Origin: a bacterium
Lineage (GTDB): Bacteria; Electryoneota; JAOADG01
Reading direction: 5' to 3'
NCBI GenBank assembly: GCA_963681965.1
Contig: OY820579.1
Location: 1,312,001 to 1,376,000, forward strand
Length of the DNA: 64,000 nucleotides
Below the pieces are notes generated by a model. That model was not told where the DNA came from and ran no database searches. It saw nothing but the letters and a program-made list of their open reading frames with translations. Numbering within the stretch: position 1 is the first letter of the stretch; every line of letters begins with the position of its first letter. Of this stretch, positions 17,898-28,274 are shown piece by piece. A program made the position numbers and the translations under genes.

Positions 17898-19907
17898 ATG
17901 AAAGCGTACTTCCGCTGGGGATTCATCGCTGTGATCGGGATCGCACTCCTTCTAGCGATTTCCGGATGTAGTACTAAGAAGAAAATCGAAGTAAAACCGA
18001 TGGCGATCAAAACCGTCACCGTGATTACTCCTCCCGGAGCATTACCTGATGTACCTGCAGAAAAAGGTGGTGCCGGATTTGAAAAGATCGCTGTCGCCCA
18101 AGGCTGGAAAACACTTGGTGAAGACGAATACCCTTCCGCGTTAGACACGACTGCGAAAAAGGGGGGTAGCATCCGATACGCAATGACGGAATTCCCCACG
18201 AATCTCCGACATGAGGGCAAAGATGCCAATACCACTTTGAATCGAATGCTCGCTGGTATGTGCTACGAGTCGCTGCTCGGTACCAATATGCTCCAACAGT
18301 ATGTACCCGGACTCGCAAGCCATTGGAAAATCTCCGAAGACAAAATGACGTTTGAATTTCGTATCGATCCTCGAACGCGGTGGTCCGATGGAACCCGCGT
18401 GACTTCGGAAGACGTGATCGCGACTTGGAAACTAGCTGTCGACCCCGGTTTGATTGATGCCTACAGTAACCAACTGTATACCAAGTATGACGAACCCGTT
18501 GCCGAAGGTCCATACATGGTCAAGGTTCACACAACTGAACTGAATTGGCGTCATTTCCTTTATTTTGCTGCATCCCTGTCGATTCTTCCGGCGAAAGAGC
18601 TGAATCAACTTGAGGGTCCGTTCTATTCCGATTGGAAAAAGACCGCCAAAAAGGGTGAGAAATCCCCACGAACCAAGGGCTCTGATTACTTGAACAAATA
18701 CCAGTTCAAGATGTTCATGGGTTCAGGTGTGTATGTAATTCAACCCGAAGACATTATCAAGGATGTTTCGATCACCCTAACGCGCCGGTCCGACTATTGG
18801 GATCAAGAATCGAAGGGAACCAAGTACGGTGCCAATTTCGATAAAATCAAATTCCTGGTTGTCAAAGACGAACGCTTGACTTTTGAAAAATTCAAGAAAG
18901 GTGAGATCGACATGTATTATGTCGGTCGGGCACAGTGGTGGAAAGAGGAATTCGAATTTGACCACATCAAGCGCGGTCTGATCCAGAAACGCAAAGTGTA
19001 TAATTACAATGCCCAAGGCGTGAACGGATTTGCTTTCAACATGCGGCGCGAACCGTTCAACGATCTCCGAATTCGAAAAGCGACTGCTATGTTGGTGAAC
19101 CGTCCGAAGCTGATCGAAAAGTTATTCTTTAGCGAATATCTCCCGCTCGATAGCTATTACCCGTCGACGGTATATGCCAACCCCAACGATCTGAAGATTA
19201 AATTCGATCCCGAAACCGCTCAAAACCTTCTTGCCGAAGCGGGCTGGAACAAACGGGACAAAGATGGCGTCCTGTTGAAGAATGGCAAACGGTTTGAATT
19301 GGATCTGATGTTTACTAAAGGCGAAGAACGATTCTTGACCGTTATTCAGGAAGATCTTCAAAAAGCCGGTATTAAAATCAATTTGAAGGAAACGACCGGT
19401 GCCACCGCGTTTTCGATGATTAATGAACGTAAATTTGACCTTTACTTCATGAATTGGGGTGGTTTGTCGATTCCGAATCCCGAATCGAGCATGCGTTCCA
19501 ATACCGCAGATTCGATGTATACCACCAATCTTCCCGGTATCAAGGATAAACGAATTGATCAACTGTGCGATGAATACAACATTTGTTTCGATTTACCGCG
19601 ACGAATCCAGATCATTCGCGAAATCGATTCGATTGCTTGCTCGCAGGTAACCTATGCATTCGGTTGGTATGGTCCCTTTAACCGAATCGCATTCTGGAAT
19701 AAATTTAATATGCCGCCTTGGATCCTTTCTCGAACCGGCGATTTCTTCGATGCGATGTCGCTATGGTCGTACAACCCGGAGAAAGCAGCGGAAATTGAAG
19801 CCGCTCTAAAAGATCCAAGCAAGAAACTCCCCGTCGGAGAGACCGAGAACAAGTACTGGATCGAGTGGACGAAGCAGAACGAAAAACTGTTATCCAGTTC
19901 GCTGTAA
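17898..19907 (+). CDS. Peptide ABC transporter substrate-binding lipoprotein (family 5, YejA-like)
   Basis: Lipobox LLAISGC; AKKGG, PGLASHWKIS, RWSDG..VTSEDV, FNMRREPFNDLRIRKA; ATG 17898 follows AAGGA. Confidence 0.9.
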   Translation: MKAYFRWGFIAVIGIALLLAISGCSTKKKIEVKPMAIKTVTVITPPGALPDVPAEKGGAGFEKIAVAQGWKTLGEDEYPSALDTTAKKGGSIRYAMTEFPTNLRHEGKDANTTLNRMLAGMCYESLLGTNMLQQYVPGLASHWKISEDKMTFEFRIDPRTRWSDGTRVTSEDVIATWKLAVDPGLIDAYSNQLYTKYDEPVAEGPYMVKVHTTELNWRHFLYFAASLSILPAKELNQLEGPFYSDWKKTAKKGEKSPRTKGSDYLNKYQFKMFMGSGVYVIQPEDIIKDVSITLTRRSDYWDQESKGTKYGANFDKIKFLVVKDERLTFEKFKKGEIDMYYVGRAQWWKEEFEFDHIKRGLIQKRKVYNYNAQGVNGFAFNMRREPFNDLRIRKATAMLVNRPKLIEKLFFSEYLPLDSYYPSTVYANPNDLKIKFDPETAQNLLAEAGWNKRDKDGVLLKNGKRFELDLMFTKGEERFLTVIQEDLQKAGIKINLKETTGATAFSMINERKFDLYFMNWGGLSIPNPESSMRSNTADSMYTTNLPGIKDKRIDQLCDEYNICFDLPRRIQIIREIDSIACSQVTYAFGWYGPFNRIAFWNKFNMPPWILSRTGDFFDAMSLWSYNPEKAAEIEAALKDPSKKLPVGETENKYWIEWTKQNEKLLSSSL

Positions 19908-19915
19908 ATCTTTTA

Positions 19916-19963
19916 TGTTGGGAAAAAGAAGGCAGGGACGCCTCGTTCCTGCTTTCCCCAACA
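19916..19963 (+). terminator. Intra-operon hairpin after the SBP gene (partial terminator or mRNA stabiliser)
   Basis: TGTTGGG...GCAGGGA-loop-TTCCTGC...CCCAACA. Confidence 0.55.
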
Positions 19964-20071
19964 CCATACGTAGTTCAAAGAGCGGCGATTGGAGTGCTTC
20001 GATCAATTCAGTGATCATTCCAACTTTCCCGCTTGGCTGTGTATCCAACTGACCCATAGTAAGAGACGCCT

Positions 20072-21115
20072 ATGTCAAGCATGACGACGTATTTCATCCG
20101 ACGATTACTGCTAGTTATTCCCACTTTTCTCGGAATCACTGTGATCAGCTTTTGCATCATGCAAATCGTTCCTGGCGGTCCGTTGGAGCAGGAGATCATG
20201 AAGATCCGCTCGCAAGGAATGATGGGTGGAGAAACCCAAGGCGCATCAGGTCGTACCGGATCGACCCAAATTCCCGAAGAAGTGTTGAATGAAATGAAGA
20301 AATTCTACGGTTTCGATAAACCGATTCCGCTTCGCTATGCAACATGGCTCTGGAACATTCTCCATTTGGATCTGGGTCGCAGTTATGTCTACGGTGAACC
20401 GGTATGGGATGTAATCAAGTCGCGGTTCCCGGTTTCGATTTATTTCGGTCTGATTGGTTTTACGATCTCTTACACGGTCTGTGTCCCGTTGGGAGTCTGG
20501 AAGGCAGTGAAACACGGGAGCTCTTTCGACTTCCTTAGTTCATCACTGGTCTTTCTTGGCTATTCCTTACCCGGATGGGCATTAGGCGCAATCTTACTGG
20601 TTTTGCTCGGCGGCGGCAGCTTTTGGGACGTCTTCCCGTTGGGAGGTTTCCGAAGTGAAGGATGGGCGGATCTGCCAGTGTGGGATAAAATAATCGATCA
20701 GGTCTATCATACTATTCTTCCAATAATGGCGATGACTGTTGGCTCGTTCGCAACTTTGACCGTATTGATGAAGAATGGTTTGATGGAGCAGCTCGGACAA
20801 GATTACGTTCGTACGGCTTTTGCGAAGGGGCTTTCGGAAAAACGAGTCATCTTCCTACACGCATTACGCAATAGCTTGATCCCTATCGCGACCACGATCG
20901 GTGGAATGATCGGTATCATTCTCTCCGGCAGTTACTTGATTGAACTAACGTTCAATATCAATGGCTTTGGTTTGCTCGGTTTTACCAGCATGGTGAATCG
21001 GGATTATCCGATCGTTCTGGGCGAATTGGTCATCGGAACCTTGATCGGTTTAATCGGGGCGATCATTTCGGACATGGTTCTCGCAATGGTCGATCCGCGA
21101 ATTCGTTTCCGATAG
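20072..21115 (+). CDS. Peptide ABC permease (YejB/OppB-like)
   Basis: YFIRRLLLVIPTFLGIT, PGGPLEQ, YGFDKP, DYVRTAFAKGL, DPRIRF. Confidence 0.93.
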   Translation: MSSMTTYFIRRLLLVIPTFLGITVISFCIMQIVPGGPLEQEIMKIRSQGMMGGETQGASGRTGSTQIPEEVLNEMKKFYGFDKPIPLRYATWLWNILHLDLGRSYVYGEPVWDVIKSRFPVSIYFGLIGFTISYTVCVPLGVWKAVKHGSSFDFLSSSLVFLGYSLPGWALGAILLVLLGGGSFWDVFPLGGFRSEGWADLPVWDKIIDQVYHTILPIMAMTVGSFATLTVLMKNGLMEQLGQDYVRTAFAKGLSEKRVIFLHALRNSLIPIATTIGGMIGIILSGSYLIELTFNINGFGLLGFTSMVNRDYPIVLGELVIGTLIGLIGAIISDMVLAMVDPRIRFR

Positions 21116-21208
21116 AATTAACAGCACGAGGTGATCGATCGAGCTGATGGAACAGATCCGATCGAATGCCTTGAACGAAATAGCTTTCAATACCCATAGG
21201 GTTTCACG

Positions 21209-22309
21209 ATGAGTGTACAGACCAAACCGACGGTCAGTGTCGGCACCGAAGAGATTGCATCCGGTCAGGAAATTGCATCGATTTCGCTCTTCCGAAAACG
21301 GTTGAAGAAATTCCGGTCGCTCAAGCGGGGCTACTACAGCTTTTTACTGATCGCAACTGCCTATGTTATGAGCTTTTTCCTGATGTTTCTGGTGAACAGC
21401 AAAGCGCTTGTGGTGCATTATAACGGCAGTACGTATTTCCCGGTCTTCAAATATTATCCGAAGGAAACGTTCGGTCAACCGGGGTATGGTGAAACGAATT
21501 ACCGTCAACTGAAGAAAGAATTTGCTCAGAGCGGAGCGGGAAATTGGGAGATTCTGCCCCCTTACCCATACGATCCCATTGAAAGCTTACTGGATGAATT
21601 GGAAGGAACACCACCGCATCCCCCATCGTCGCAACACTGGATGGGAACCGATGATCGAGGTCGCGATGTGCTGGCACGAATGGCGTATGGGTTCAGAATT
21701 TCGATCTCCTTTGCTTTATTACTTGTCCTCTTTGATTATATATTGGGTATTTCTGCAGGTGCTTGTCTCGGGTTTTATAGCGGAAAGATCGACTTGTTCG
21801 GTCAACGCTTAATGGAACTCTGGGGTGCCTTCGGCGGAATTTACATGCTGATTATTTTGACATCGATTTTCCGTCCGAACTTCTTCTTTCTAGTGTTTTT
21901 CCTTTCGGCATGGGCATGGATGGGAATTTCATATTACATCCGCAGTGAGTTCTATCGCGAGAAAGCCAAAGACTACGTTTCTGCCGCTATCGCGATGGGT
22001 GCAACCGATCGTCAGATTATTTTCAAACACATTCTCCCCAATGCGCTAACGCCGATTATCAGCTTTGGACCATTCGCCATCGTTGGCGGTATCGGTACGC
22101 TAGTATCACTCGATTATCTCGGTTTCGGTCTTCCACCACCAACTCCGTCATGGGGACAAATGGTGTCGGTCGGACTACAGAATATCGAAAAGTGGTGGCT
22201 GGTGCTGTTCCCGTTGGGAACCGAGTTCGTCACACTGTTGTTGGTAGTTTTCATTGGTGAAGCGATCCGTAATGCATTCGATCCGCGCGAGTATTCGAGG
22301 TTGAGATGA
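21209..22309 (+). CDS. Peptide ABC permease (YejE/OppC-like)
   Basis: HWMGTDDRGRDVLAR, DYVSAAIAMGA, HILPNA, LDYLGFGLPPPTPSWG, AFDPR. Confidence 0.93.
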   Translation: MSVQTKPTVSVGTEEIASGQEIASISLFRKRLKKFRSLKRGYYSFLLIATAYVMSFFLMFLVNSKALVVHYNGSTYFPVFKYYPKETFGQPGYGETNYRQLKKEFAQSGAGNWEILPPYPYDPIESLLDELEGTPPHPPSSQHWMGTDDRGRDVLARMAYGFRISISFALLLVLFDYILGISAGACLGFYSGKIDLFGQRLMELWGAFGGIYMLIILTSIFRPNFFFLVFFLSAWAWMGISYYIRSEFYREKAKDYVSAAIAMGATDRQIIFKHILPNALTPIISFGPFAIVGGIGTLVSLDYLGFGLPPPTPSWGQMVSVGLQNIEKWWLVLFPLGTEFVTLLLVVFIGEAIRNAFDPREYSRLR

Positions 22310-23343
22310 CAGAAATTGCTCAAAAGGTCCTACTGGATATTCGCGACCTGAAAACTTATTTCTATATCGAGAAACAAGCCGCTCCTGCCGTCGATGGTGT
22401 TACTTTCCAAATTATGGAAGGTGAAGTCTTTGGGTTGGTCGGCGAATCGGGATCGGGAAAAAGTGTAACGGCGCAGAGCATTATGCGGTTAATCCCGGAT
22501 CCCCCGGGAAAAATTGTCAACGGCGAAATCCTGTTGCGTGGTGTCGATTTGTTGAAATTGCCGTTGACTGAAATGCGCAAATATCGCGGCAAAGAAATCG
22601 GAATGATTTTTCAGGAACCGATGACTTCGCTAAACCCGGTTTACACCATTGGTTACCAGTTGCGCGAAGTGGTGATTGCCCACGAAAATATGACGAAAGA
22701 TCAAGCGAACGACCTCGTTGCTGCTGTTTTGGATCAAGTGGGAATCTCAGATGCCAAGAAACGCTTGGAAGATTTTCCGCATCAATTTTCCGGTGGTATG
22801 CGGCAACGTGTGATGATCGCAATGGCACTCGCCTGCAATCCATCGTTACTGATCGCCGATGAACCGACGACTGCACTGGATGTTACTATCCAAGCGCAAA
22901 TTCTCGAATTGATGTTGTCGGAAAAAGCGAAACGAAAAGAAGCTGCGATTCTGCTGATCACCCACGATTTGGCAGTGATTGCCGAAACTTGTCAGCGAGT
23001 TGCCGTGATGTATGGCGGGATGATTCAAGAAATCGCACCGGTATTCGAGCTATTTGAAAATCCATCACACCCTTATACACGTGGTTTGATGGGCTCTTTG
23101 CCTTCGCCGAAAACGAAACATCGTTCGAAGTTAATGACCATCCCCGGAACGGTTCCCTCGATTTTCGAACTACCCAAAGGGTGTAAATTCTGTACCCGGT
23201 GCACCGAGAAAATTCCGATTTGCGATTCGGTCGAACCACCATTGCATAAAGTCGCCGACGGACATTGGTCGCGTTGTCATTTAGTCGATCCGTACAAGGG
23301 CGCGCATGTGGCAGACAAAGCCAGAGCCGCAGCCGGGAAATGA
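22306..23343 (+). CDS. Oligopeptide ABC ATPase (OppD/DppD-like)
   Basis: [30 protein letters not shown] and a C-terminal Cys cluster. Confidence 0.95.
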   Translation: MTEIAQKVLLDIRDLKTYFYIEKQAAPAVDGVTFQIMEGEVFGLVGESGSGKSVTAQSIMRLIPDPPGKIVNGEILLRGVDLLKLPLTEMRKYRGKEIGMIFQEPMTSLNPVYTIGYQLREVVIAHENMTKDQANDLVAAVLDQVGISDAKKRLEDFPHQFSGGMRQRVMIAMALACNPSLLIADEPTTALDVTIQAQILELMLSEKAKRKEAAILLITHDLAVIAETCQRVAVMYGGMIQEIAPVFELFENPSHPYTRGLMGSLPSPKTKHRSKLMTIPGTVPSIFELPKGCKFCTRCTEKIPICDSVEPPLHKVADGHWSRCHLVDPYKGAHVADKARAAAGK

Positions 23344-23351
23344 GGTAGATC

Positions 23352-24356
23352 GTGAGCAATGAATTATTACTATCGGTGAAAGATCTGAAGGTCTACTTCC
23401 CAATTTTCGGCGGTATTTTTTATAAAAAACAGGGTGAAGTAAAAGCCGTAGACGGCGTGTCGTTCGACATGTTTCGCGCGGAAACCTTGGGTCTTGTGGG
23501 CGAATCCGGTTGTGGTAAATCGACTACCGGTCGCGCCATTATCAATGTGCTTCGGTTCATTTCTCCCGACGTTCATCTTGGTGGGGAGATCAACCTAAAC
23601 GAAAAAGGTCAAGGATTTGTCAATCTTCTTGCTTTGAAAAAAGACGAAATGCGTCCTTATCGCAGCCGAATTCAAATGGTTTTTCAAGATCCTTACAGTT
23701 CACTGAACCCACGTATGACCGTCAAGCAGATCGTCGAAGAACCACTGAAAATCCATACGAACCTAACCAGTGTCGAACGCGATGAACGGGTAGCATGGTT
23801 GTTGAGTAAAGTCGGATTGCGACCGGAACAGGCGCGTCGTTATCCCCATGAATTCTCCGGTGGGCAACGACAGCGTATCGGCGTTGCACGATCATTGGCG
23901 ACCAATCCTGAAATCATTATCGCCGATGAACCGGTTTCGGCACTGGACGTGTCAATTCAAGCGCAGGTTCTAAATCTGTTACTGGAATTGCAAGAAGAAT
24001 TTAAATTAACCTACTTATTTATTGCCCACGATTTGTCGGTAGTTCAGCATATCAGCCATCGTATCGCAGTAATGTATCTCGGTAATATTGTCGAAATTGG
24101 CACTTCGCAACAAATTTTCTTCGAACCGAAGCATCCGTATTCGAAGGCATTGATCAGTGCCGTTCCGCTACCTGAACCACAAAAGACTCGTCCTACCCGA
24201 CAAGTGTTAGTTGGCGATGTCCCGACACCGTTGGCGAAACCATCCGGTTGCGGATTCCGTACGCGCTGTCCGATTGCCAAACCCGATTGTGCACAACGCA
24301 TACCCGATCTTTTGGATAAAGGAAATGGGCAACTAGTTGCTTGTCCGTATGCTTGA
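23352..24356 (+). CDS. Oligopeptide ABC ATPase (OppF/DppF-like)
   Basis: [36 protein letters not shown]. Confidence 0.95.
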   Translation: MSNELLLSVKDLKVYFPIFGGIFYKKQGEVKAVDGVSFDMFRAETLGLVGESGCGKSTTGRAIINVLRFISPDVHLGGEINLNEKGQGFVNLLALKKDEMRPYRSRIQMVFQDPYSSLNPRMTVKQIVEEPLKIHTNLTSVERDERVAWLLSKVGLRPEQARRYPHEFSGGQRQRIGVARSLATNPEIIIADEPVSALDVSIQAQVLNLLLELQEEFKLTYLFIAHDLSVVQHISHRIAVMYLGNIVEIGTSQQIFFEPKHPYSKALISAVPLPEPQKTRPTRQVLVGDVPTPLAKPSGCGFRTRCPIAKPDCAQRIPDLLDKGNGQLVACPYA

Positions 24357-24373
24357 TCTATCGGATGAAATTG

Positions 24374-24408
24374 AAAAGCCGCACTGTGTGTCAGTGCGGC
24401 TTTTTTTT
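24374..24408. terminator. Bidirectional intrinsic terminator
   Basis: AAAAGCCGCACTG-TGTGT-CAGTGCGGCTTTTTTTT. Confidence 0.85.
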
Positions 24409-24409
24409 A

Positions 24410-25855
24410 TTAGAATCGATTGGATTTGCTTCTGCCGATTTGATCGAAGTTGTAGATATTTTGAATGACCTCCATTTCGGATATTCCGGGAGTGAGGAAA
24501 GGCACTACCCGATCGAATGAGTCGGTATTTCCAATCCAAGCACGAACCAGATAGTACATCGATTTGCTGTGACGAATCACCGATTGATGCACGTAGGTCA
24601 AACTGTCCTGATGATAAGTTGCACCAAGAAAATTCCAATAGGGTGAGCTGTATGTGTTTTTGAAATAAACTAAATACCTCTGAACATCTATGGGATTTCC
24701 CAAAGCAGTTTGAGACACTCTGGTCCATGACAATCGAACATCTTCACCAGCGGCATTCGCTTGCAGTGATGTCGCTCGCGGTGGATCGGGCGCGCTCTGG
24801 ACATCGATGTAGAATGTATCGCGTGCAACTTGATTGCTGTCATCGGTTGCAGTGACAATGAACGCTGTCACACCGCTACGATTGGCTACTGGATCAAGAT
24901 TCAACCACCGGCCATTCATGATACCTGTGGCTGATTGTCCATCGACAAATACGCAATAACGTAAAGAGTCACCACGAACCAAATCGTTATCCGAGAAGAT
25001 CGTATCCAGTCGAATCAACATATAAGGGAAATTCATCGGAAGTGAATAATCTGGTATTGGATGCTGAACGAAGGGTTTGTAGTTACCTGCAAGGGTAATA
25101 GTATCGACTTTAACAATCGACCATTTACCGAAAGCATCCTTAGCACGAATATACAAGTGGTGTTCACCGAGTGAATACTCCGATAAATCCACCGTAAAGT
25201 TTACTGTGGGTTGCGAACTGCTACTAACTGGAATCGCTAGTCCCAAACCTAATCCGGGATCGTCATCGAGATAATACTCAATTCCAACGATATCGGGTAC
25301 AGTCGGTATCGGTACATCGGCAATAACGTGAATCTTCTTTGAATAAGGTATGCTCCATATACCGTCGGCGTTTCGCGATCGAACGTAAAGCGTATGGAAA
25401 CCCGGCGAAAGTCCGGTTACATCGACAGTCAGAGTTTGATTGAGCACCGGTGAGTAATTAGCAAACTCATTGATTACTCCGTTTCCGATTCCAGGATCGA
25501 GATCGAAAAAATATTCTATCGCGTTAGTATTCGGTGACGCTACGATTGGTTCGGTGAATACATGAATCGTTTTAACAAACGGTATTGACCATCGACCGCT
25601 ATTATCGCGGGCACGGATATACAGTCGATGGAATCCTGATGTTAATCCGGATGTATTGACGGAGAGCGTCGCTGATATTTGTTGACCGTAATAGTAGGAA
25701 ACCATTGTTCCGTTTCCTAGACCGGGATCGGTGTCGAAGAAATATTCAAACCACCAATAATCCTGAGCAAAGCAATTTGAAACAGTAATGGAAAAAAAGC
25801 ATAGAATCACTGCCGCAACCGCAAATCCAGGAGATCTGGTAATAATCATAATCAC
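24410..25855 (-). CDS. Secreted protein with three EY(F/Y)xDxDPG repeats, an Ig/cadherin-like domain and a C-terminal beta-sandwich
   Basis: Signal peptide; three ~75-80-aa repeats EYFFDTDPGLGNG...LxxGxHxLYxRxxxxxGxWSI; then FSDND...VTATD; then DVRLSW...YLVY...YYLVRA. Confidence 0.8.
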   Translation of the reverse strand: MIMIITRSPGFAVAAVILCFFSITVSNCFAQDYWWFEYFFDTDPGLGNGTMVSYYYGQQISATLSVNTSGLTSGFHRLYIRARDNSGRWSIPFVKTIHVFTEPIVASPNTNAIEYFFDLDPGIGNGVINEFANYSPVLNQTLTVDVTGLSPGFHTLYVRSRNADGIWSIPYSKKIHVIADVPIPTVPDIVGIEYYLDDDPGLGLGLAIPVSSSSQPTVNFTVDLSEYSLGEHHLYIRAKDAFGKWSIVKVDTITLAGNYKPFVQHPIPDYSLPMNFPYMLIRLDTIFSDNDLVRGDSLRYCVFVDGQSATGIMNGRWLNLDPVANRSGVTAFIVTATDDSNQVARDTFYIDVQSAPDPPRATSLQANAAGEDVRLSWTRVSQTALGNPIDVQRYLVYFKNTYSSPYWNFLGATYHQDSLTYVHQSVIRHSKSMYYLVRAWIGNTDSFDRVVPFLTPGISEMEVIQNIYNFDQIGRSKSNRF

Positions 25856-25885
25856 TCCTTTTGTTGTTGGTTCGATTTCGATTGC

Positions 25886-26893
25886 TTACGGATGCGATGT
25901 TGCTTGAATCGTAATGCTCAGTCCACTGGTCGGTGTCGCGTGACTGTAGCTCGAGTAACTACTGATGCTTGGGATCGGAGGCATTCCCGAATTGACATAC
26001 GGATTCGCACCGCCAAATGCACCACAAGCAGTACCGTCCGTACCCGCTGAATTGGCAACTGAAGTTGGATTCAATCGATATTGATTCTCGGGGTGAGTCC
26101 CGCCTTCGATCAGGCTGACACGCGAGAGATTGGAGATATTATTGTTGGCACTGCCGATATTTTCGGAACTGACATTGTTATATAAGTTGGCTGCAGTAGC
26201 GATCGTAACGGGTGCCATAATAACATTATTGAAAATGTTACCATTGGATAAGAGGCAAGACGATCCAACGATGATATTATTATAGACGGCAGCATTGCCA
26301 TCGGGGGGGACACTTATTGATTGTAAAATATTGTTGCGGATAATCGTACCACTACCATATGCAAAGATGTAGGCACTAGGAATACTGCCGTCAAAGTAGC
26401 ATTGTTCAACAATTCCACCGACACCGGTTTCCAAGCTGCGACTAACTGACATGATGAATTTACATCGTCGAAATGTGACATTGTTGGCTTCAATTATCCA
26501 AATGGTAGAAGAAGTATTGAAAAAATATGTCTCGATGACAAATCCTTCGATAACAGTTCCACTGGCTTCTGGATAAATCAGCATCTGATAAATTTTCGCT
26601 ACGTTAGTATCGGCTTGAGTACCGCTGGAATTTGTCAGAAAATATCCCGGACCGATCCAAACCAATCGCTTGGTCAAAGTAAGCGGATTGTCGCCATCCT
26701 GATAGACATTTGCGTTCCCTTTGACGTAAACTGTATCACCGATATTGGCTGCAGTATGCGCTTCAGGTAGAGTATGATAGACGTTTCTGGAATTGTTGCT
26801 GTAATCGGGATCGACAAATAAAATAGCAGCACTCGCAGTACCGACCAGAAAGGACAGACAGGCGGTCAATAAACACAGTCGACAAAAGTTCAT
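25886..26893 (-). CDS. Secreted right-handed beta-helix protein
   Basis: Signal peptide; AHTAANIGDTVYV, LTKRLVWIGPGYFL, repeated IRNNI/YNNI/FNNV; C-terminal GAFGGANPYVNSGMPPIP. Confidence 0.75.
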   Translation of the reverse strand: MNFCRLCLLTACLSFLVGTASAAILFVDPDYSNNSRNVYHTLPEAHTAANIGDTVYVKGNANVYQDGDNPLTLTKRLVWIGPGYFLTNSSGTQADTNVAKIYQMLIYPEASGTVIEGFVIETYFFNTSSTIWIIEANNVTFRRCKFIMSVSRSLETGVGGIVEQCYFDGSIPSAYIFAYGSGTIIRNNILQSISVPPDGNAAVYNNIIVGSSCLLSNGNIFNNVIMAPVTIATAANLYNNVSSENIGSANNNISNLSRVSLIEGGTHPENQYRLNPTSVANSAGTDGTACGAFGGANPYVNSGMPPIPSISSYSSYSHATPTSGLSITIQATSHP

Positions 26894-27180
26894 AGCGATT
26901 CCTTTCGATTTATGAACCTGATGTTAGGAGAATTTAGCGCCGATCAGAGTTAGCAGAGTGGATTTTTTTAAAAGAAAACCAGACAAAAATGTGAACCAAC
27001 TAACAATATAGTCGAAGAGTGAAAAATTAGGAATTAATTTTAACATCAATAACAAATTTTGTGTGCGAAAAGTCACATAGTATCTTAAGATAGTTATTAC
27101 TATCGCACTGAGAAACCTTTTTCCGGTGATTCAAGTTCTAATTCTGACGTTATCACTCAATTTAATTTTTTGGAACAGCT

Positions 27181-28221
27181 ATGGACATGGAACAAATCAT
27201 TCTCGGAAATCCCGTCGAGCATTGGTTGACGACATTTGGCGCAACCATCGTTTTTTGGCTCGCACTCCAATTCATCAAATATATCACCGTTAAAAAAGTC
27301 GGTAAGCTCGCTGAAAAAACCGAAACAAAACTTGATGATCTTGCCATTACACTGCTCGATAAAACAAGATTTTATTTTCTGATTTTCGTAGCCTTCTATT
27401 ATTCGTCGAAATTGCTGGTCATCCCACCGCGTTTCCTTCTCTTCTGGCAACACTCGATCATTGTTGCAATTGCCCTTCAAGTGGTGGTTTGGGGCAACGC
27501 GACGATCGAATTTGTGTTCGGAAAAGATAGCAAAATCATCAGTAAAGAAGCGACCAATTCCGCTAGTTACGGAGTATTGGGGTTTGTTTCCCGATTGGTA
27601 ATGTGGAGCACGGTACTACTGATCACCTTGAGTAATCTTGGGGTGAATATCACTGCGATCGTAACCGGTCTTGGTGTCGGCGGTATTGCTGTTGCCTTGG
27701 CGGCGCAAAAAATTCTCGGTGATATTTTTAGCTCATTCATCATCGTACTCGACAAACCGTTCGAAATCGGCGACTTTATCGTAATTGGCGAATTTCAAGG
27801 CACTGTCGAGAAAGTGGGAATCAAAACCACGCGTTTCCGAAGCCTCACCGGCGAACAAATTATCATGCCCAATTCGGTTGTAATCGATTCGAAGCTACGC
27901 AACTTTAAACGAATGGAAGAGCGCCGTGTATCGTTCAAGATCAACGTCGAGTATGGTACACCGAGCGATAAATTGGAACAGATTCCCAAACTAGTCGAGG
28001 AAATACTTGCTTCGACACAACAAACCCGTTTTGTCTTTTCCGCTTTTCGCGAATTTACCGACTTCTCACTGATTTTCGAGACAGTATATTTCGTGGAGAG
28101 TTCAGACTATAATCTTTACTTGAATGTCCAAGAAAAAATCAACCTGGCGATCTACAAGAAATTTGCCGATTTGGGTATTCGCTTTGCCGTGCCAGTACGA
28201 AGAATGTTGACAGATAATTGA
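27181..28221 (+). CDS. Small-conductance mechanosensitive channel (MscS family)
   Basis: GLGVGGIAVALAAQKILGD, DKPFEIGDFI, GTVEKVGIKTTR, GEQIIMPNS. Confidence 0.95.
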   Translation: MDMEQIILGNPVEHWLTTFGATIVFWLALQFIKYITVKKVGKLAEKTETKLDDLAITLLDKTRFYFLIFVAFYYSSKLLVIPPRFLLFWQHSIIVAIALQVVVWGNATIEFVFGKDSKIISKEATNSASYGVLGFVSRLVMWSTVLLITLSNLGVNITAIVTGLGVGGIAVALAAQKILGDIFSSFIIVLDKPFEIGDFIVIGEFQGTVEKVGIKTTRFRSLTGEQIIMPNSVVIDSKLRNFKRMEERRVSFKINVEYGTPSDKLEQIPKLVEEILASTQQTRFVFSAFREFTDFSLIFETVYFVESSDYNLYLNVQEKINLAIYKKFADLGIRFAVPVRRMLTDN

Positions 28222-28249
28222 GTAGATGAAAATAATTTTCTAATAAAAT

Positions 28250-28274
28250 AGCGGTCGCAAGACCGCTTTTTTTT
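28250..28274. terminator. Intrinsic terminator between mscS and queG
   Basis: AGCGGTC-GCAA-GACCGCT with flanking T and A tracts. Confidence 0.8.
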
